Assembly: GCF_018977255.1 (NCBI RefSeq)
Contig: NW_024704742.1
Coordinates: 128,590,001 to 128,654,000, forward strand
Reading direction: 5' to 3'
From: Callorhinchus milii
Lineage: Eukaryota
DNA length: 64,000 nucleotides
Shown here piece after piece: positions 13,695 to 27,531 of the stretch. The translations under genes were made by a program, and so were the position numbers. Below the pieces are notes generated by a model, which did no database searches, had not been told where the DNA came from, and was given only the letters and a program-made list of their open reading frames with translations. The stretch's first letter is position 1, and each line of letters starts with the position of its first letter.

Positions 13695-14035
13695 TTATAA
13701 TAATAACAATAATAATAATAATCCTTGCATTTGGGACGTCTCAATGGTCGTATCACGACATCGAGACACCTCAAAACGCTTCACAGAATATGCTGTTGAG
13801 TGAATTGTATATTTTATGAGCGAAACGTGGCAGCCAATTGTCCCACAAACAGTCATGGATTGAGTGACCAAATTATTATATTTTTCAAGGATTTATTATC
13901 CCCTAAAAGTGATGACTTTAACAACTGGTTACTTACTGCTAGGTAAACAGAGGCGTGAGGAGTAAGGAAACTTGCCTAAGATTTTGCCGCTCCCGTGATT
14001 CGAGCATGGGTCCTCTCACTTGCGAGGCGAGGACT
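13695..14035 (-). mobile_element. tRNA-derived composite SINE, long form
   Basis: Same block structure as 4019-4384. Confidence 0.82.
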
Positions 14036-14917
14036 CTACATATCTTTCGCACAAATAAGACCATAAGACCTAGGAGCAGGAGTTGGCCATTCGGCCCCTC
14101 AAGATTGCCCTGCAATTAGTAAGATCATGGCTGATCTTCTAACCTAATTCCATTTACCCGCCCTATCTCCTTATCCCTTAATCTTTGTACTTGATACACT
14201 ACGTATCACAATAGCAACAATGACAACTTGCATTTACTTAGCACCCACTATACAGGATAGTGCCTCAGTGCACTGTAAATCGCTGTATCACATCATAGGA
14301 GTCCTGTAGCTCAGCGGTTACAGCACTCGCCTCGCAAATAAGACCTGGGTTCGATTCCCGGCAGGGCAAAACCTTGGGCAAGTTTCCCTTCTTCACGCCT
14401 GATAATAATCCCTCAAGAAAAAAAACAATAGTTGTGGAACGAACAATCCCACCACAGGGAAATTCAAAGCTCAATAGACTGTGCCCACAGAACCCGTGCT
14501 ACAGTTGGTAGAAGGCAAGACATTAAGGACTCCAAAGTGTGAGTTGGGTACTGCTGCACAAGATTGGAATAAATTGGCAAGCTCCCTACTACTTGAATTG
14601 GCAGCTTCAGTGCAGGTTTCATAATAACAAAATAAATGCGGCATCCAAGTACAACAGTGAAGCCTTTTATTAGGAATTGAAACCTTTTTTAATGTCAGTT
14701 TTTTAAACAGTAACGATAATAATCCTTGCATTTGAAATAGCACTTTTCATGTCAGAAGGACGTCTCATAGAAATATAGAAACATGAAACAGTAGTAGGCC
14801 ATTCAGCCCATCAAGCCTGTTCCAACATTCTATAAGATCATGGCTGATCTGCACTTCAACAAGTATCCACTCTTGCACCATATCCCTTGATAATCTGACC
14901 TAACATATATCTATCCA

Positions 14918-17900
14918 ACAGCAGCAACAACAACTTATGCAAACATAGCGCCCTCCAATCCGGACGGCATCTTAGAACGCGGAGTAGCGGAGCCTGAGGC
15001 CGAGCCACGGGGAGGGGGAATGTAACCATAGGCGCGGTCGAAAAGAAAGGTCTTCAGGTGCGACCTGAAGATGGGGAAGGAGGGGGTGAGATGAAGGGGT
15101 TGAGGGAGGGAGTTCCAAAGTTTCGGGGTGTAGTGCCTTCAGATGTTGGAGCGAAGAATTTGGGGGACACGGAGGAGGCCGGGCCCAGGAGAGCAGAGGC
15201 AGCGGGTGTAGCTGTGGGGAGAGAGGAGATTAGAGAGATAGGGGGATGCCAAGGAATGGAGGGATTTAGACACCGGAGTGAGGATCTTGAAGTCGATCCG
15301 CTTTGTGACAGGAAGCAGTGGAGATTGGGAAGGACTGGAATAATCAGGGTACAAAGTTTGGTGTGGGTGAGATTGCGGTCGGCGGATGAATGAGCTGGAT
15401 TTTGTGAATAATGGAGAAGGTGGAGACGGGCAATGTGGCAGAGGTGGAAGAAAGAGATGCTGTTCAGGGACTGGATGTGGGGGAGGAAGGATAACTGGGA
15501 TCGAATATGACGCCTAAGTTACGCACGGGTTCAGAGAGTTTTAAGGACAGGTCGGGTGGGTTGAGGAGGTCAGAACCATGGGACGGAAAACGTCGACGGG
15601 AGCCAAAGAGTATGGCTTCCGTCTTGTTGATGTTTAGCTGCAGGAAATTTGCGCTCATCTAGCTCCTGATGTCCAACACACAGGCTGACAGAATATCAGG
15701 GGACTGGGGGTTGCAACTGGGGTGGAAAAGTAGAGCTGAATGTCATCCGCATACATGTGGAGGTTAGCCTTGTGTCTGTGGATGACATCACCAATAGGGA
15801 GCATATAGGTGAGAAAGAGAAGGGGACCAAGGATGGACCCTTGGGTTATCCCGCAGGTGACCAGGTGGAAACGAGAAGAAAAGCCATTTGCAGAAATGTA
15901 GTGCTGGCAGTTTGTAAAGTAGGACTCGAACCAAGAGAGTGCTATCCCACTGAGGTGGATGATGGAGGACAGGCGATGGAGGAGGATGGCATGATCGACT
16001 GTGTCGAACGCGGCGGAGAGGTCCAGGAGGACGAGGAGGCAGAGGGAGCCCTGGTCACAAATAGAGACGATATCGTGTGTGACCTTCACGAGTGCTGTCT
16101 CTGTACTATGGGCAGGGTGGAAACCGAACTGGAGGAGTTCAAGTAGGGTGTGGAGGAAGAGGTGTGCGCGAAGTTGGTTGGAAACAATGCGTTCTAAAGC
16201 TTTGGCAAGGAAGAGCATGTTTGAGATAGGACGGCAGTGGCCGAGGTTGGAGGGATTGAGTGTAGCTTTTTTAAGGAGGGGGTGATGACCGAGGCTTTGA
16301 GGAGGATTGGGACTGATCCTGAGGAGAAAGACTGGTTAATAGTGTCTGCCACCAGTGGACAGAGGAGGGGGAGCTGGGTGATCAGCAGTTGGGTGGGGAG
16401 GGGGTTGAGGCAGCAGGTGGTGGGTTTCATTGTAGTGATGGTGGATGAGAGGGAGGAAGGAGAGATGGGGGCAAACGAATGAAGGATGGGGAACGTGGTA
16501 GGAGCTGAGGGCAGTTGGGTGAGGGAGACGGAATGGGGATGGTGTAGGTGACATTGGGCAGAGGGATGAAGCAGCCAGGTGGATGTTGTCAATATTAGAG
16601 GTAAGGAAGTCCATGACTTCTTCTCACTTGTCGTTAGATGTGATGATTGAGGGTGCTTGAGGAGGCGCACAGAGGAGGTGGTGGGCAGTGGAGAATAGGA
16701 TTTTGGAGTTATTATTGGCCTTCGTGTTTGAGTAATGCGCAGTTTTTGCTTTTGACAGGGAGCAGTGGTTGGTGTGAAGATGCTCGAGCCACAGCTGGTG
16801 GTGAACCGTGAGGCTTGTTTTCTGCCACCCGTGCTCGAGCAACCGGGTTTGGGATTTTAGGGAGCGGAGATGGCTGTTGTACCGGGGGAGTGGGTAGGTT
16901 TGGAGATGGTCCTGGATTTCAGAGGGACGAGGGAGTTGAAGGTGGAGGAGGGGCGATCATGGAACAGCTTGATGGCCGCTACAGGGTCGCTACGGGTAGA
17001 AGGCCCGAGGGTTAGTAGGGTTGAGGTTGAGAGTGCCTTTGTGAGGGTCTCGGGGGAAGGTCTTGATGGAGGGGAGAAGAATGCAAGAGGAAAAGGAGAT
17101 GAGGAAGTGGTCCAAGACGGCCTTGTCCGTGATGCACAGGTTGGAAATGTCGAGGCCATGTGTGATGATGAGTTCGAGGGGATAGCCACAGGTGTGGGTC
17201 GGCAAGTTGATGTGGAGGGTGAGGTTTAGGGAGGAGAGGAGGGCAGTGAAATCTTTGTTTTGCTCACATTATACTTGTTTTGCCCACAAATATATGGTCA
17301 ATTCACTTTACAGTATATTCTGTGAAGCGCTTTGAGACGTCCAGAAGATGTGAAAAGTGCTATATCAAATGCAAGGATTATTATTATTATTATTAAATCT
17401 GAGGATGTGATGCAAGGGGAATTTAGGTGCAGGTTGAAGTTGCCCATTGTGAATAGACGTTCTGAGCAGAGGGACAGGGAGGAGAGGAGAGTAGAGATAG
17501 GAGAGGAAGGAGCCAGGGAGTTTTGGGGGGCAGTAAACCGGAGAATTTTGAGTAACAGAGAGGAGGGGTGGTAGATGGTGAGGTGCCCAAATGAGGAGAA
17601 GCAGCCAGAGGAGTAAGGGGATAGACCAAGGGAAGCTTGAGAGATGAGGGCTACCCCTCTGCCACGTTGGTTAGGGCGGGGGACATGGTGGAAGGTGTAG
17701 CTAGGAGGGAAGGCTTCAACTAGGGGGAATGGAGTCACTGGGGGTGAGCCAGGTTTCCATAAGTCCAAGAATATCCATGTGCTCATCCAGGATGAGGTCA
17801 TGGATAATGAGGGCTTTATTGAAGAGGGAGCGGACATTTTGTAGGGAAATGCAGATGGGTTTGCTAGTGGGAGGTAACGGAGGACAGAGTGATATGGAGA

Positions 17901-18330
17901 GGATTTGGAGTCGTGGCAGAGAAATGACCGTGGAGTTTGAGGAGCAAGGAGTTTTGGTGAGGGTATGGCTGAGGGAGGGGGAAGGGGTGTTTGCCTTTCG
18001 GAGGCGGTTGCTGCGGAGAGAGTGAGCGATGGGACAGTTGAGGTTGCTGCTCTGGGACAACCAGCGCTGGTAGCCATGATGGGCCCGGTGGAGGATGCCC
18101 AGGTTGGAGCAGAGAGAGGTAATGTTGGGGTCAAGGAGAGAGGGAGAAGGTGAGGAGAGTGGTGGGAGAGAAGGACAGAATGGTAGTAGTGGTTAGAGGG
18201 GAGTAGGAGGAGGAGCATTTCCAGGGGAAGCGACTCGGGTGTTTCCAGCATACAAAATGCGCACGTAGAAACCGGGAGCGAGCGATCAGCGGGTCAGCAT
18301 CAGCCCGCGGGCTGTAGGACACAGCACAGG
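14918..18330 (-). mobile_element. Long decayed L2-clade LINE with APE endonuclease and RT remnants
   Basis: Frameshifted ORF2 pieces: LQNVRSLFNKALIIHDLILDEHMDILGLMETWL (EN), [35 protein letters not shown] (RT); (CAA)n tail near 14920. Interrupted by a + strand SINE tail 17255-17394 flanked by AAATCT (17249-17254, 17395-17400). 5' boundary approximate. Confidence 0.93.
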
Positions 18331-18479
18331 GTGGGGAGAGGGAGAGGTGGGATGTCAGTCATGGCTTAGGTGCCAGAGACTGGGAGGGAAGGAAAGGACA
18401 AGGTAGCAGAAGGATAATTGCGTGTAGTTACCCTACCCTGGCGGATTTGAAACTGGCACCAGGAGGTGACATCCACCGG

Positions 18480-18680
18480 AGTCTTGAAGATATGAATGGA
18501 TCCAGCATCCACAGCCTTTTGGGGGAGAGAGTTCCAGACTTCCACTACCCTTTCAGTGATAAACTGCCTCCTAATTTCACTCCTAAATAGCCAACCTCTA
18601 ATTTTAAGATTATGCCCCCTTATTCTGGATTCCCCGAGCAGACCAAATAGTTTCTCTGTATCTACCCTATTGAATCCAAA
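18480..18680 (-). mobile_element. CR1 3' fragment
   Basis: Encodes RGHNLKIRG...[20 protein letters not shown]. Confidence 0.88.
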
Positions 18681-20223
18681 GGATGAAGTAATTGTAGTGA
18701 TTATTATGTAGGGACTATGTATTTTGTAGGTAAACAAGGCCATGGTGGGCTGCTGAAACCCTCATATGCGCATTCATAACATCCAGGCTTGACTATGCAA
18801 ACTCACTGCTTGTCGGCCTTCCCAATTTCTTCCTCCATAGGCTGCAGATCATCCAGAACTATGCAGCCCGTGTCCTCTCTCGCACCGCCCTCCTCCCTCC
18901 CTGATCCCAACCACCAGCTCGAGTCTGAAATACTGATTGTCCAGCACCTTGAGACATCCTCCTGACGTGAAAGGCACTATACAAATGTAATTTTGTTGCT
19001 GTTGTATAAATTTCCAACCACCAAAGGATATTATTGTGGCCTTTTGCATTCAATTCCCAAGTTAGCCGAGATCCATATCAAAGGTTCAGCCTGGCCCTGC
19101 AAAGTGGGTTCCGACTTCGGTTTTCCAAGTTTACAAACTTTAAGGGCTCCACAACCAAATGTCCCACACCACCCGACATGTACAGTCCCTGAGATAGTAT
19201 GTTTCATCAAAAAGACTGTGCATAATTATTTACAAATATTGCACATTAATAAATGTCCTTTTATTTTCTATAATTCTACTTGGCAGCAGAAGGATCCGAG
19301 AGAACCCTTTTCAAGAGACGTGATAGCAAGTGCAATTATTTTGAAAGTTATGGCAGACATTTAGGAGCCTTCTTGTAATGAGGAGCTTGGATCTCTGGAA
19401 GGTAAAGGTCTCTGAGCTTTTTCATTTCATCTAGAAGACGCTGGTTTGTAATTCCATTCCATCTGCATTTTGTCAGTACCTTAATCTGGATCATCTTCCA
19501 TTTCATGTTCATGTAACATTCCAGCTTTAATATGTTTATTCTTTGGAAAACGCTGCCACAAAACATGTGATTCTAGATGGGCTCAGCAGCTTGGTAGCAG
19601 GTGTTATGATTTAATGTTGTTTCCTGTCCATTAACTGTTTTAATTTTATTTTATTTAATTTTAACCTTGTGCCAGAATCTGTGACCTTATATAATGACAT
19701 CAAATATTCTGTGCTGTTGTGTATTCATAGCATGCAAGTTTTATTCCACACATCAGGTCTGTTCATATCTCTGTTGGATGCAACACAATCTATAATGGTA
19801 CATGTCAGAAATCAGGTCCACACCTATCTCTCACACGTCTCTACAATGCAGTACAAATTTGCATATATATAAGCGCTTTTCACGTAAGGAAGATTTCCCA
19901 AAGTAAGTTGTTCTTGTGTTGTATTAGTGACACCGATTTAATAATATTAATCCTTATATTTTGTCGAGTGCCTTTCTCGCCAGGAGCATTTCTCAAAATG
20001 CTTCACAGGATACACTGTAAAGTGAAGTGTTTTGTGGGCGACTTGTCCCCTTTTCATTATTTTTTGATTGATTCTTCATACAAGTTTCCCTTCATAGCTA
20101 AGAGGTTTTGTTCTGTCATCGTGACTGATTTTATTTTAGCAGCATCTAGGTCCTTCATAGAACTATTGAGTTAAGAAACGTCAGAGACCAAAATAAATTT
20201 GTTCATTCACTTCCTGGGTATTT

Positions 20224-20575
20224 GGTTAGAGCACTCGCCTCACAAGTGAGAGACCTGGATTCGATTCCCGGTAGGGCGAAACGTTGGCCAAGTTTCCTTA
20301 CTCCACACGCCTCTGTTTACCTAGCAGTAGGTAGGAACCCGATCGTTAGTCGATTGACGGATTCTTTTTCCAGGGTAATAATTCTTTAAAAAAATTATTA
20401 TTATTTGGTCACTTAATCCATGACACTGCTGTCTTCAATTGGCTGCCACATTTCACCCACAAAATATACAGTCAATTCACTATACAATGTATTCTGTGAA
20501 GCGCTTTGAAATGTCTCGAAGATGGAATAAGGTGTTATATCAAATGCAAGGATTGTTATTATTATGTTATTATTT
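20224..20575 (+). mobile_element. tRNA-derived composite SINE, long form
   Basis: Box A remnant, GATTCGATTCCC box B, central block, tail (ATT)n. Confidence 0.88.
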
Positions 20576-20962
20576 TAAATTAAAATCATTCCACCTGATA
20601 GATTATTTCTGCCATTAAACTTATTCATTACAGTCATTATTAATAGGCAGATTTGTGTCAATTAAATTTGTGGAAAGCAGAAACAGAAGGTGTATGTGAT
20701 TGTTCCATCCAAACTGTGTACTCTTCTTCAATTTAAATACCTTCTAATAACTAAGTAATTCAATCTAACATAGTCAGCCACGTACAGCGATAAAATAACA
20801 GAGCTAAACAGTTTTGCAGTTCAAATGCACTGCATTTTAATGTCTATACCACTACTGAAAATTATCTACTTCACTGTGTTTCATTTCACTATTGCTGTCT
20901 TATAAATATTCAGATAACTAATTTGAGAAGGCGGGGTATATTTTGTGTTCCCATACTGATCA

Positions 20963-21355
20963 TAATAAAAATAATAATAATAGTAATAATCCTTGTATTT
21001 GATATAGTGCCTTATCACGTTTTCGAGACATCTCAAAATGCTTCACAGAATATACTGTAAAGTGTAGCGACTGTAAATTTTTTGTGGGTGAACCGCGGCA
21101 GCCAATTGCGCACAGCAGTGTCCCACAAACAGTCGTGGATTGAAGTGACCAATTTATTACTTTGATTTATTTTTGAAGGAATTATTACCCTTGGAAAAGC
21201 GATCCGCCAATCAACTAACAACTGGGTTCCCACTTACTGCTAGGTAAACAGAACTGGTGGAGTAAGGAAACTTGCCCAACAATTTGCCCTGCCAGGAATC
21301 GAACCCAGGTTCTCGGTTGTGCGGCAGGTTCTCTAACCACTGAGCTACAGGACTT
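20963..21355 (-). mobile_element. tRNA-derived composite SINE, long form, full length
   Basis: All blocks present; inverted relative to 20224-20575. Confidence 0.9.
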
Positions 21356-23366
21356 CAATAGATCAGTCTACTTCAGACAAAAGATGCAAATATGCAACTT
21401 TATCAATTTCACGCCTGGTGTTTTAACTTCCCTCTGAAAAGGGCAGAACAATCCTGGACCTCACTTGGGGAGGACGATACAGGTGATGTTGAAGACGTTG
21501 TGTAGGATGCTAATACCTGATAATAAGATGTTAGCATTCCATACGTGGTCTTTGACTGGACCTGCTTTGTCCTCCCGAAGTGAGGTCTAACTTTCTTCGA
21601 CCCTATCACGCTCCCAAATGAAGACAAGTTCTCAGTAGAGTTGGGTTGGGTTGGGTTAAAATGTGGAACTGAAAAGTTCCTTCCCAATCCGGTCATTTAA
21701 ATATTGATCCATGAAACATAATAATCTGAAATCTGAAGGTTGGAACAGTCTGAAGAAAAACAACCTTTAAGAGGTATTAAAGAAGGAAATAGCTCTGAGA
21801 TCTATATCAGATAATAAACAGCTGGCAGTGAAATACAAGGCAGTAACTGAATCAAAGTGTCCTCAATATGCAATAAATTACAAGAGCAAACCCCGAGAAG
21901 TTTTCCGTTGTTTCAGAAACTCTAAGATTCAATTACTACCTTGCATCTCTGCGACATTTTTATTCTTTATAATAAATAAGTTACTCACTGTTGACTGACT
22001 ACTGCATTTCTGGTGGTGTTGCTCTTTACTGGACAATAAAGTTTATGAACCCTCCAGTGAGAGTGGAATACACATGAAAGGTACACAGGGGGGCTAATGG
22101 TACAATCCGTGGCCGGTACAACACCAAAATTGCTTTTATTTTTAACGGCGGCAGAATAAAGTGCTGCAGTAGGTCACCATGAAACACAATGGTGATTATG
22201 GAGCCAGAGAAAGTATTTTTAGGAATTAAAAATGTTTCCTAGCTCCCACTGAGACAAGTGGGTTGCTTCCTTCCGTGATCTCATGAGCTCTAACAATGAG
22301 CTATTTGCATTCCTCACCTACGTATACATTGGTTCACAGTTACTAATAATTAAACCCCTCATAATGTTAAATATTTCCATCAGTTTTCCCCTCAACCTCT
22401 GTTCCAATGAAAAGGTTCCAGTTTCTCTACGCTCTGCCCATTGGTCAACTAAATAAATTAAAGGGAATTATATATAGATGCTTAAAAAGAGATGAATCAG
22501 GAGGAGCAAGCAGGAAAGATTGGAAGTCATGTGCAGAAACACACAAGCACAAATTTGATGTGATATCCTATTGATCAATAGCTGCAAGCTGAAAATGGAG
22601 CTGTCCAATTCAAATGTCTCAAGCAAGTAATAAATATCCAGCAGGTTTTCACTGTAGCATTTTGAGAGTTACTGCAATTTGCTCGTAACTTTGTTTATAT
22701 ATAAAGCAACAGATCGCTCTGTACTAGTCCTGGGATCAATATTATTAGTAGTAATAATATTACTAATCTTTACATTTGATATAGCTCCTTTCATGTCGGG
22801 AGGACGTTGCAAAGCACGTCACAGGATCTATGCTAAAATGTAATGACTGTGTATTTTGTAGGCGAATGCTGGTTAGTACAGTGGGAAGTTGATGCCTTTT
22901 ATAAGTAAGGTTCTTCCATAACAAATTTCATTATTTCTTAACAGGAACCAACTATATATTACATGCAAAAAAATGTGCCTACCTCTCACATCATCAATCA
23001 TTTTAAAGTAAGTGGCAGATAATAAAGTAAAAGGAAATGCCAATGTGTGCGGTGGGAGTGTAATTGAACTTTTAAACCAAGCATGTACAATTTATTCAGT
23101 TTAGGTGATGAGTCCATGTTACAAGCTGGAGTGCAATGGGAGAGAAGGAATCCTAACATCCATCATCCCCTCATTACCTTCCCTGAATGATAAATGTTTA
23201 AGAACTGAGAAGAAAACGGCAGGCATGTGATGCTGTACGTTAAGCGCAGTGTGTCACACACAATCAGGAGGAGCAGCAAAAGAACAGAGGGACAATTGAA
23301 GGAAGCAATGCATTTTACCTTAATATCTCCTAATGCCTGAAGTAAGCGTGGCACTGATAGTGCTCT

Positions 23367-23985
23367 AACAACAACAACAACAACAACAAAATTACATTTG
23401 TATAGCGCCTTTCACATCGGGAGAAAGTCCCAAGGTGCTGGACAGACAGAGTTACGGACCCGAGCTGAGGGTGGAGTTGCGGGAGGGGGAGGGCATGGGG
23501 GGAAGCAGGGAGATCGAAACCATGGTCGAAGAGGAGGGTCTTGAGGTGGCTCTTGAGGTGGTGACGGAGGGGGCGAGACGGAGGGACTGCGGGATGGAGT
23601 TCCAGAGGGTGGGTGCAGAGTAGCGAAAAGCCCGTCGATAGTGGGTCAAGCAAGGCGGGGGACGTGAAATAGGTCGGAGCCCGCTGAGCGAAGGGACTGA
23701 ACATGGTGGTAGGGGAATAGGAGGTCGGAGAGGTAGGGGGGAGCAAGACCATGGAGGGCTTTGAAGGTGAGGACCAGGATCTTGAACTGTATCCTCTATG
23801 TGATGGGAAGCCAGTGGAGTTAGGCAAGGATGGGGTTGATAGGGTCATGGAACTTAGTGCGGGAGAGGACATGGGCTGCAGAGATCTGGATGATCCGCAG
23901 CCTGTGGAGGGAGGAATTGGGGAGGCCGACAAGCAGTGAGTTTGCACAGTCGAGCCTCGATGTAATGAAGGCATGTATGATGGTT
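23367..23985 (-). mobile_element. L2 LINE 3' fragment
   Basis: [34 protein letters not shown]; (CAA)n tail. Confidence 0.92.
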
Positions 23986-25034
23986 TCTTTATATATAAAG
24001 CAACCAAGCAGTAGATGCAACTACTTTGCCCTAGTAAAGGAAGCAGTCTTAGTGTAAAAACACAGACGGGAAATGGCAAGGTAAAAGGAAAAAAGGCACA
24101 CATAAAAATAACAAATTGCATTCATAAACCATCCTTCAACTGGGATAGCGCCTCAGAGTGCCCAACAATGTGGAGCACCCACATTCCAGTGAGCTGGATT
24201 AAGTGATACTTTCTCAAAGTATTTATTTCAGTCAATTCAAAATGAATGTGTTTACGTTAGATAACAGAAATACAGATATAACTGGAAAAAAAACTCATCA
24301 AACAATTTTAAACACAGCAGAAGAAGTAAAGTGGGTGTTTAAAGGAGTTTTGTGAATACCTAAGACTAGATATTGCCCCACAGGAGACATTACCATTATG
24401 ATTTATAACTGAACCATTCCATGATTCCAGTGCTAATTTCAGGAGACAGACAGCCTGGTTTCACAGTGTGACAAATCAAATAAAAGCTTCCATATCTCAG
24501 TAGATGCTAAACTAATTAGTAGTAGGTCTGTCTAGGACCTGTTGTTTTACATTAGGATGCAACACTGCTCACTGCAATCCATCAAATGCCACTGGGAACA
24601 TGCTTCGCAGTTCAAAAAACAAACCCCAAAAAAGAGATTATGTATGCAGATATTATGAAGCTATCCATAAAGTACTTAATGCTAATGAATTCTTAACTTT
24701 AACAGTCAATCCACGACTGTTTGTGGGACGCTGCTGTGCGCAATTGGCTGTTGCATTTCGCCCACAAAGTATGCAGTCAATTCACTTTATCGTATATTCT
24801 GTGAAGCACTTTGAGATGTCTTGAAGACGTGATAAGGCGCTGTATCAAATGCAATGCAAGGATTATTATTCCACACTTCAGATGTGAAGCACTGAATACC
24901 AGAATATTTTCGCACAGAGGAATAGATTTTATTTTCAAGTTTTTAGAAAATAGAACAAATTAAGAAAACAAGTGTGGATGGCACATGGAATTCTGCTATT
25001 TTGATTTGAATACAATGAAGTTAAGATGTAGCAA

Positions 25035-25310
25035 GATAATAATAATATAATAATTCATGTCTTCTGGACATCTCAAAGCATTTCACAGAATATACTGTGA
25101 GTGAATTGACTGTATATTTGTGGGTGAAACGCAGCAGCCAATTGCGCACAGCGTGGATTGAAGTGACTTATTTTATTTTTTTTTGTCTTGAGGGATTATT
25201 GTCAGCCTTGTGGAGTAAGGAAACTTGCCCAAGGTTTCGCCCTGCCGGGAATCAAACCCAGGTCTCTTGCTTGCAAGGCGAGTGCTCTAACCACTGAGCT
25301 ACAGGACTCC
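25035..25310 (-). mobile_element. tRNA-derived SINE, internally deleted copy
   Basis: Head GGAGTCCTGTAGCTCAGTGG on the minus strand; central block missing. Confidence 0.85.
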
Positions 25311-27224
25311 GACAAGATACACCCAGGAGTGACTTGAAATCCCTTGCTTTGAGGCACAACACCCAAGTAATGTAACAGAAAGGAACACCGTAGTTACCCT
25401 TAAAAATTAAAATGCTGTCACAAATTCAGGTTTCAACAACCCTCACTGATTTTTCCTGACTCCAGTTCAATCAGAATTTAACCCTCTTCAACTTCCCCCC
25501 CCCCCCCCCCATCCCCTCTAGCTCAAGTGCCTAGCCATCAGTGGGAAGCTCTTTGAGACATCCTCTTGACATTTAAGGCACTATATAAATGTAAACTGTA
25601 TTGTGCTGTAATTCTAAGCTAAGACCTTGGCAGACACATTAAATGTGCAGAATTGAATGAGACTTCCTCATAGTATTTTTTTTCAGACTATTCAAAAAGG
25701 ATGTGTTTACTTTAGAATGAAAAAGAGCCCAAGATTACCAGAAATCTGATTCAAAATCCTTATAGTAAAACATCATAGTTCTTCAAGATTGGAGATTTAA
25801 ACCTAGACATAGAAATTGTTTGTCTTTGCGAAACTGACTTGCTTCTTCTGTTCCTAACACTTGCAGACAGACCAGTCATCCCTTTTTGCATTTCTGTTCA
25901 GAATCACTCCACATTGGGGTGGACGTGCCTTTTCAGTCCGCAGATCAGACCCGAGACTATATAAAATTCCACAGTTCAACAACTTGCATTTATATAGCGC
26001 CTCTCATCCAGGGTAACGTCACAGAGCGCTTGAATATATAAAACTTCAGACCCTGGAATATATAAACCTCAACTTGCTAATCGCATCGACCAAATCCAAT
26101 TGTGGTTATGTGTCTGCAGGAAACAGTTACAAGTCAAAAGAAATCTCTAATCTTCACAAGGATCGATGGAGAACCACAGAATAAGCCATCCCTTCACAGA
26201 TGGTTTATTCTTTTAGACAGACTGATGGGGTGGGGGGGATAAGTCTCCAGTGTCACAACCCCTCTTACTTCTAAGGCAACATTGGATAAAAGTTTATAAT
26301 AATCCTTACATTTGACAAAGTACCTCCCTCCACTCACGAGGATGTCTCAAAAGTGCTTCAAAGAATCTACTGCAAGTGCAGTGACTGTAATTTGGAGGCA
26401 ATCCTGTAGTCTTTTGTAGTCTCACAATGAATAATCACTGAAGTAAATTTCAAAGCATGGAAGAGTTCCAAGCCCCACTTAGAATAATGTTGTTGGATTT
26501 ATAATCAATGGCCCTCAAGATGTAATTTACTATTTTTAATAGCTTTCTCAATAGTGAGCTCACACAGACTGGAAATCCTCAGTCAATGATCAATGATCAC
26601 ATCAGGATCATTTCCATCTCAAACCTTACCAGTGGACACCACATTACTCTATGCACATCTTTTCTGCTTTTGTTCTATTTTGTATTCACATGTTACTGTC
26701 AATATTAAAATTCTTCTGTCATTTATTGGCTTTTTTGTATGTAGTTCACGGAGTTTTGAATGTTATCTATCTTCCTTATATTATTCACAAGGTCATGTTA
26801 TTCATAGGATTTACTACAAGGTGCAATGACTGGGTATTTGTAGGCAAACACACAGCCAATTTGTGCACAGCAATATACCACAAGCATAACGTGAATGACC
26901 AATTTTAGTTAGGGATTGCTGGCCAATGAAACCAGTAGAAATTCTCTTCTCTGCTTGAATAGTGTCACCGGAACAGGCAGATGTTCAGGCAGATATTGGT
27001 TCAATATCTCATCCAAAGAATAGCACTTCCTATAATGCAGTGCTCTCCCAGCACAGTAATGGAGTGTCTGTGAATGTTACCAGCTGAGCAAAGCTAACCA
27101 GAGGACTCACAAATGAGCAATGCCAGATGGATGTATATTTGAATCATACCCTTGGGATTTATTCATTTGCTTTGTAATATTTGTGTATTCTTGTCTCCTA
27201 GCTGATAAAGAAATGAATTTCATT

Positions 27225-27503
27225 GGGTCTGCCATTGGTGGTCAGGCCTTCAGCCTTTCTGCCCCCACCCTTTGGAATTCCATCCCACAGTCCCATCGCC
27301 TCAATCCCCCCCCTTGCCTCCTTCAAGTCCAGTCTCAAGACCCTTCTCTTCGACTGCACCTTCGGTCACCCTCCTACCCCTACCCTCCCTGCCCTCCACC
27401 CCTACTAATCCCAACCCCCTGCTCAGTGCACATCTTGACTGTCCAGCACTTTGGGACATCCTCTAGATGTAAAAGGCTTTATACAAATATAATCTGTTGT
27501 TGT
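27225..27503 (+). mobile_element. L2 LINE 3' fragment
   Basis: [18 protein letters not shown]; (GTT)n tail. Confidence 0.88.
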
Positions 27504-27531
27504 CTTTTAGCATTAAACTGTTAACTGTTGT

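Noticed and set aside
14479..14615. Plus-strand exon-like frame TVPTEPVLQLVEGK...AASVQ
   Set aside because: Weak splice sites, no recognisable homology, and an equally long frame on the opposite strand
17298..18251. 317-aa Pro/Ser-rich ORF and the many Gly/Glu-rich + strand ORFs at 15000-18200
   Set aside because: Off-frame or antisense readings of the C-rich L2 element
23330..24121. 263-aa ORF
   Set aside because: Alternative frame of an L2 3' fragment plus flanking sequence; the poly-Leu stretch comes from the (TTG)n tail
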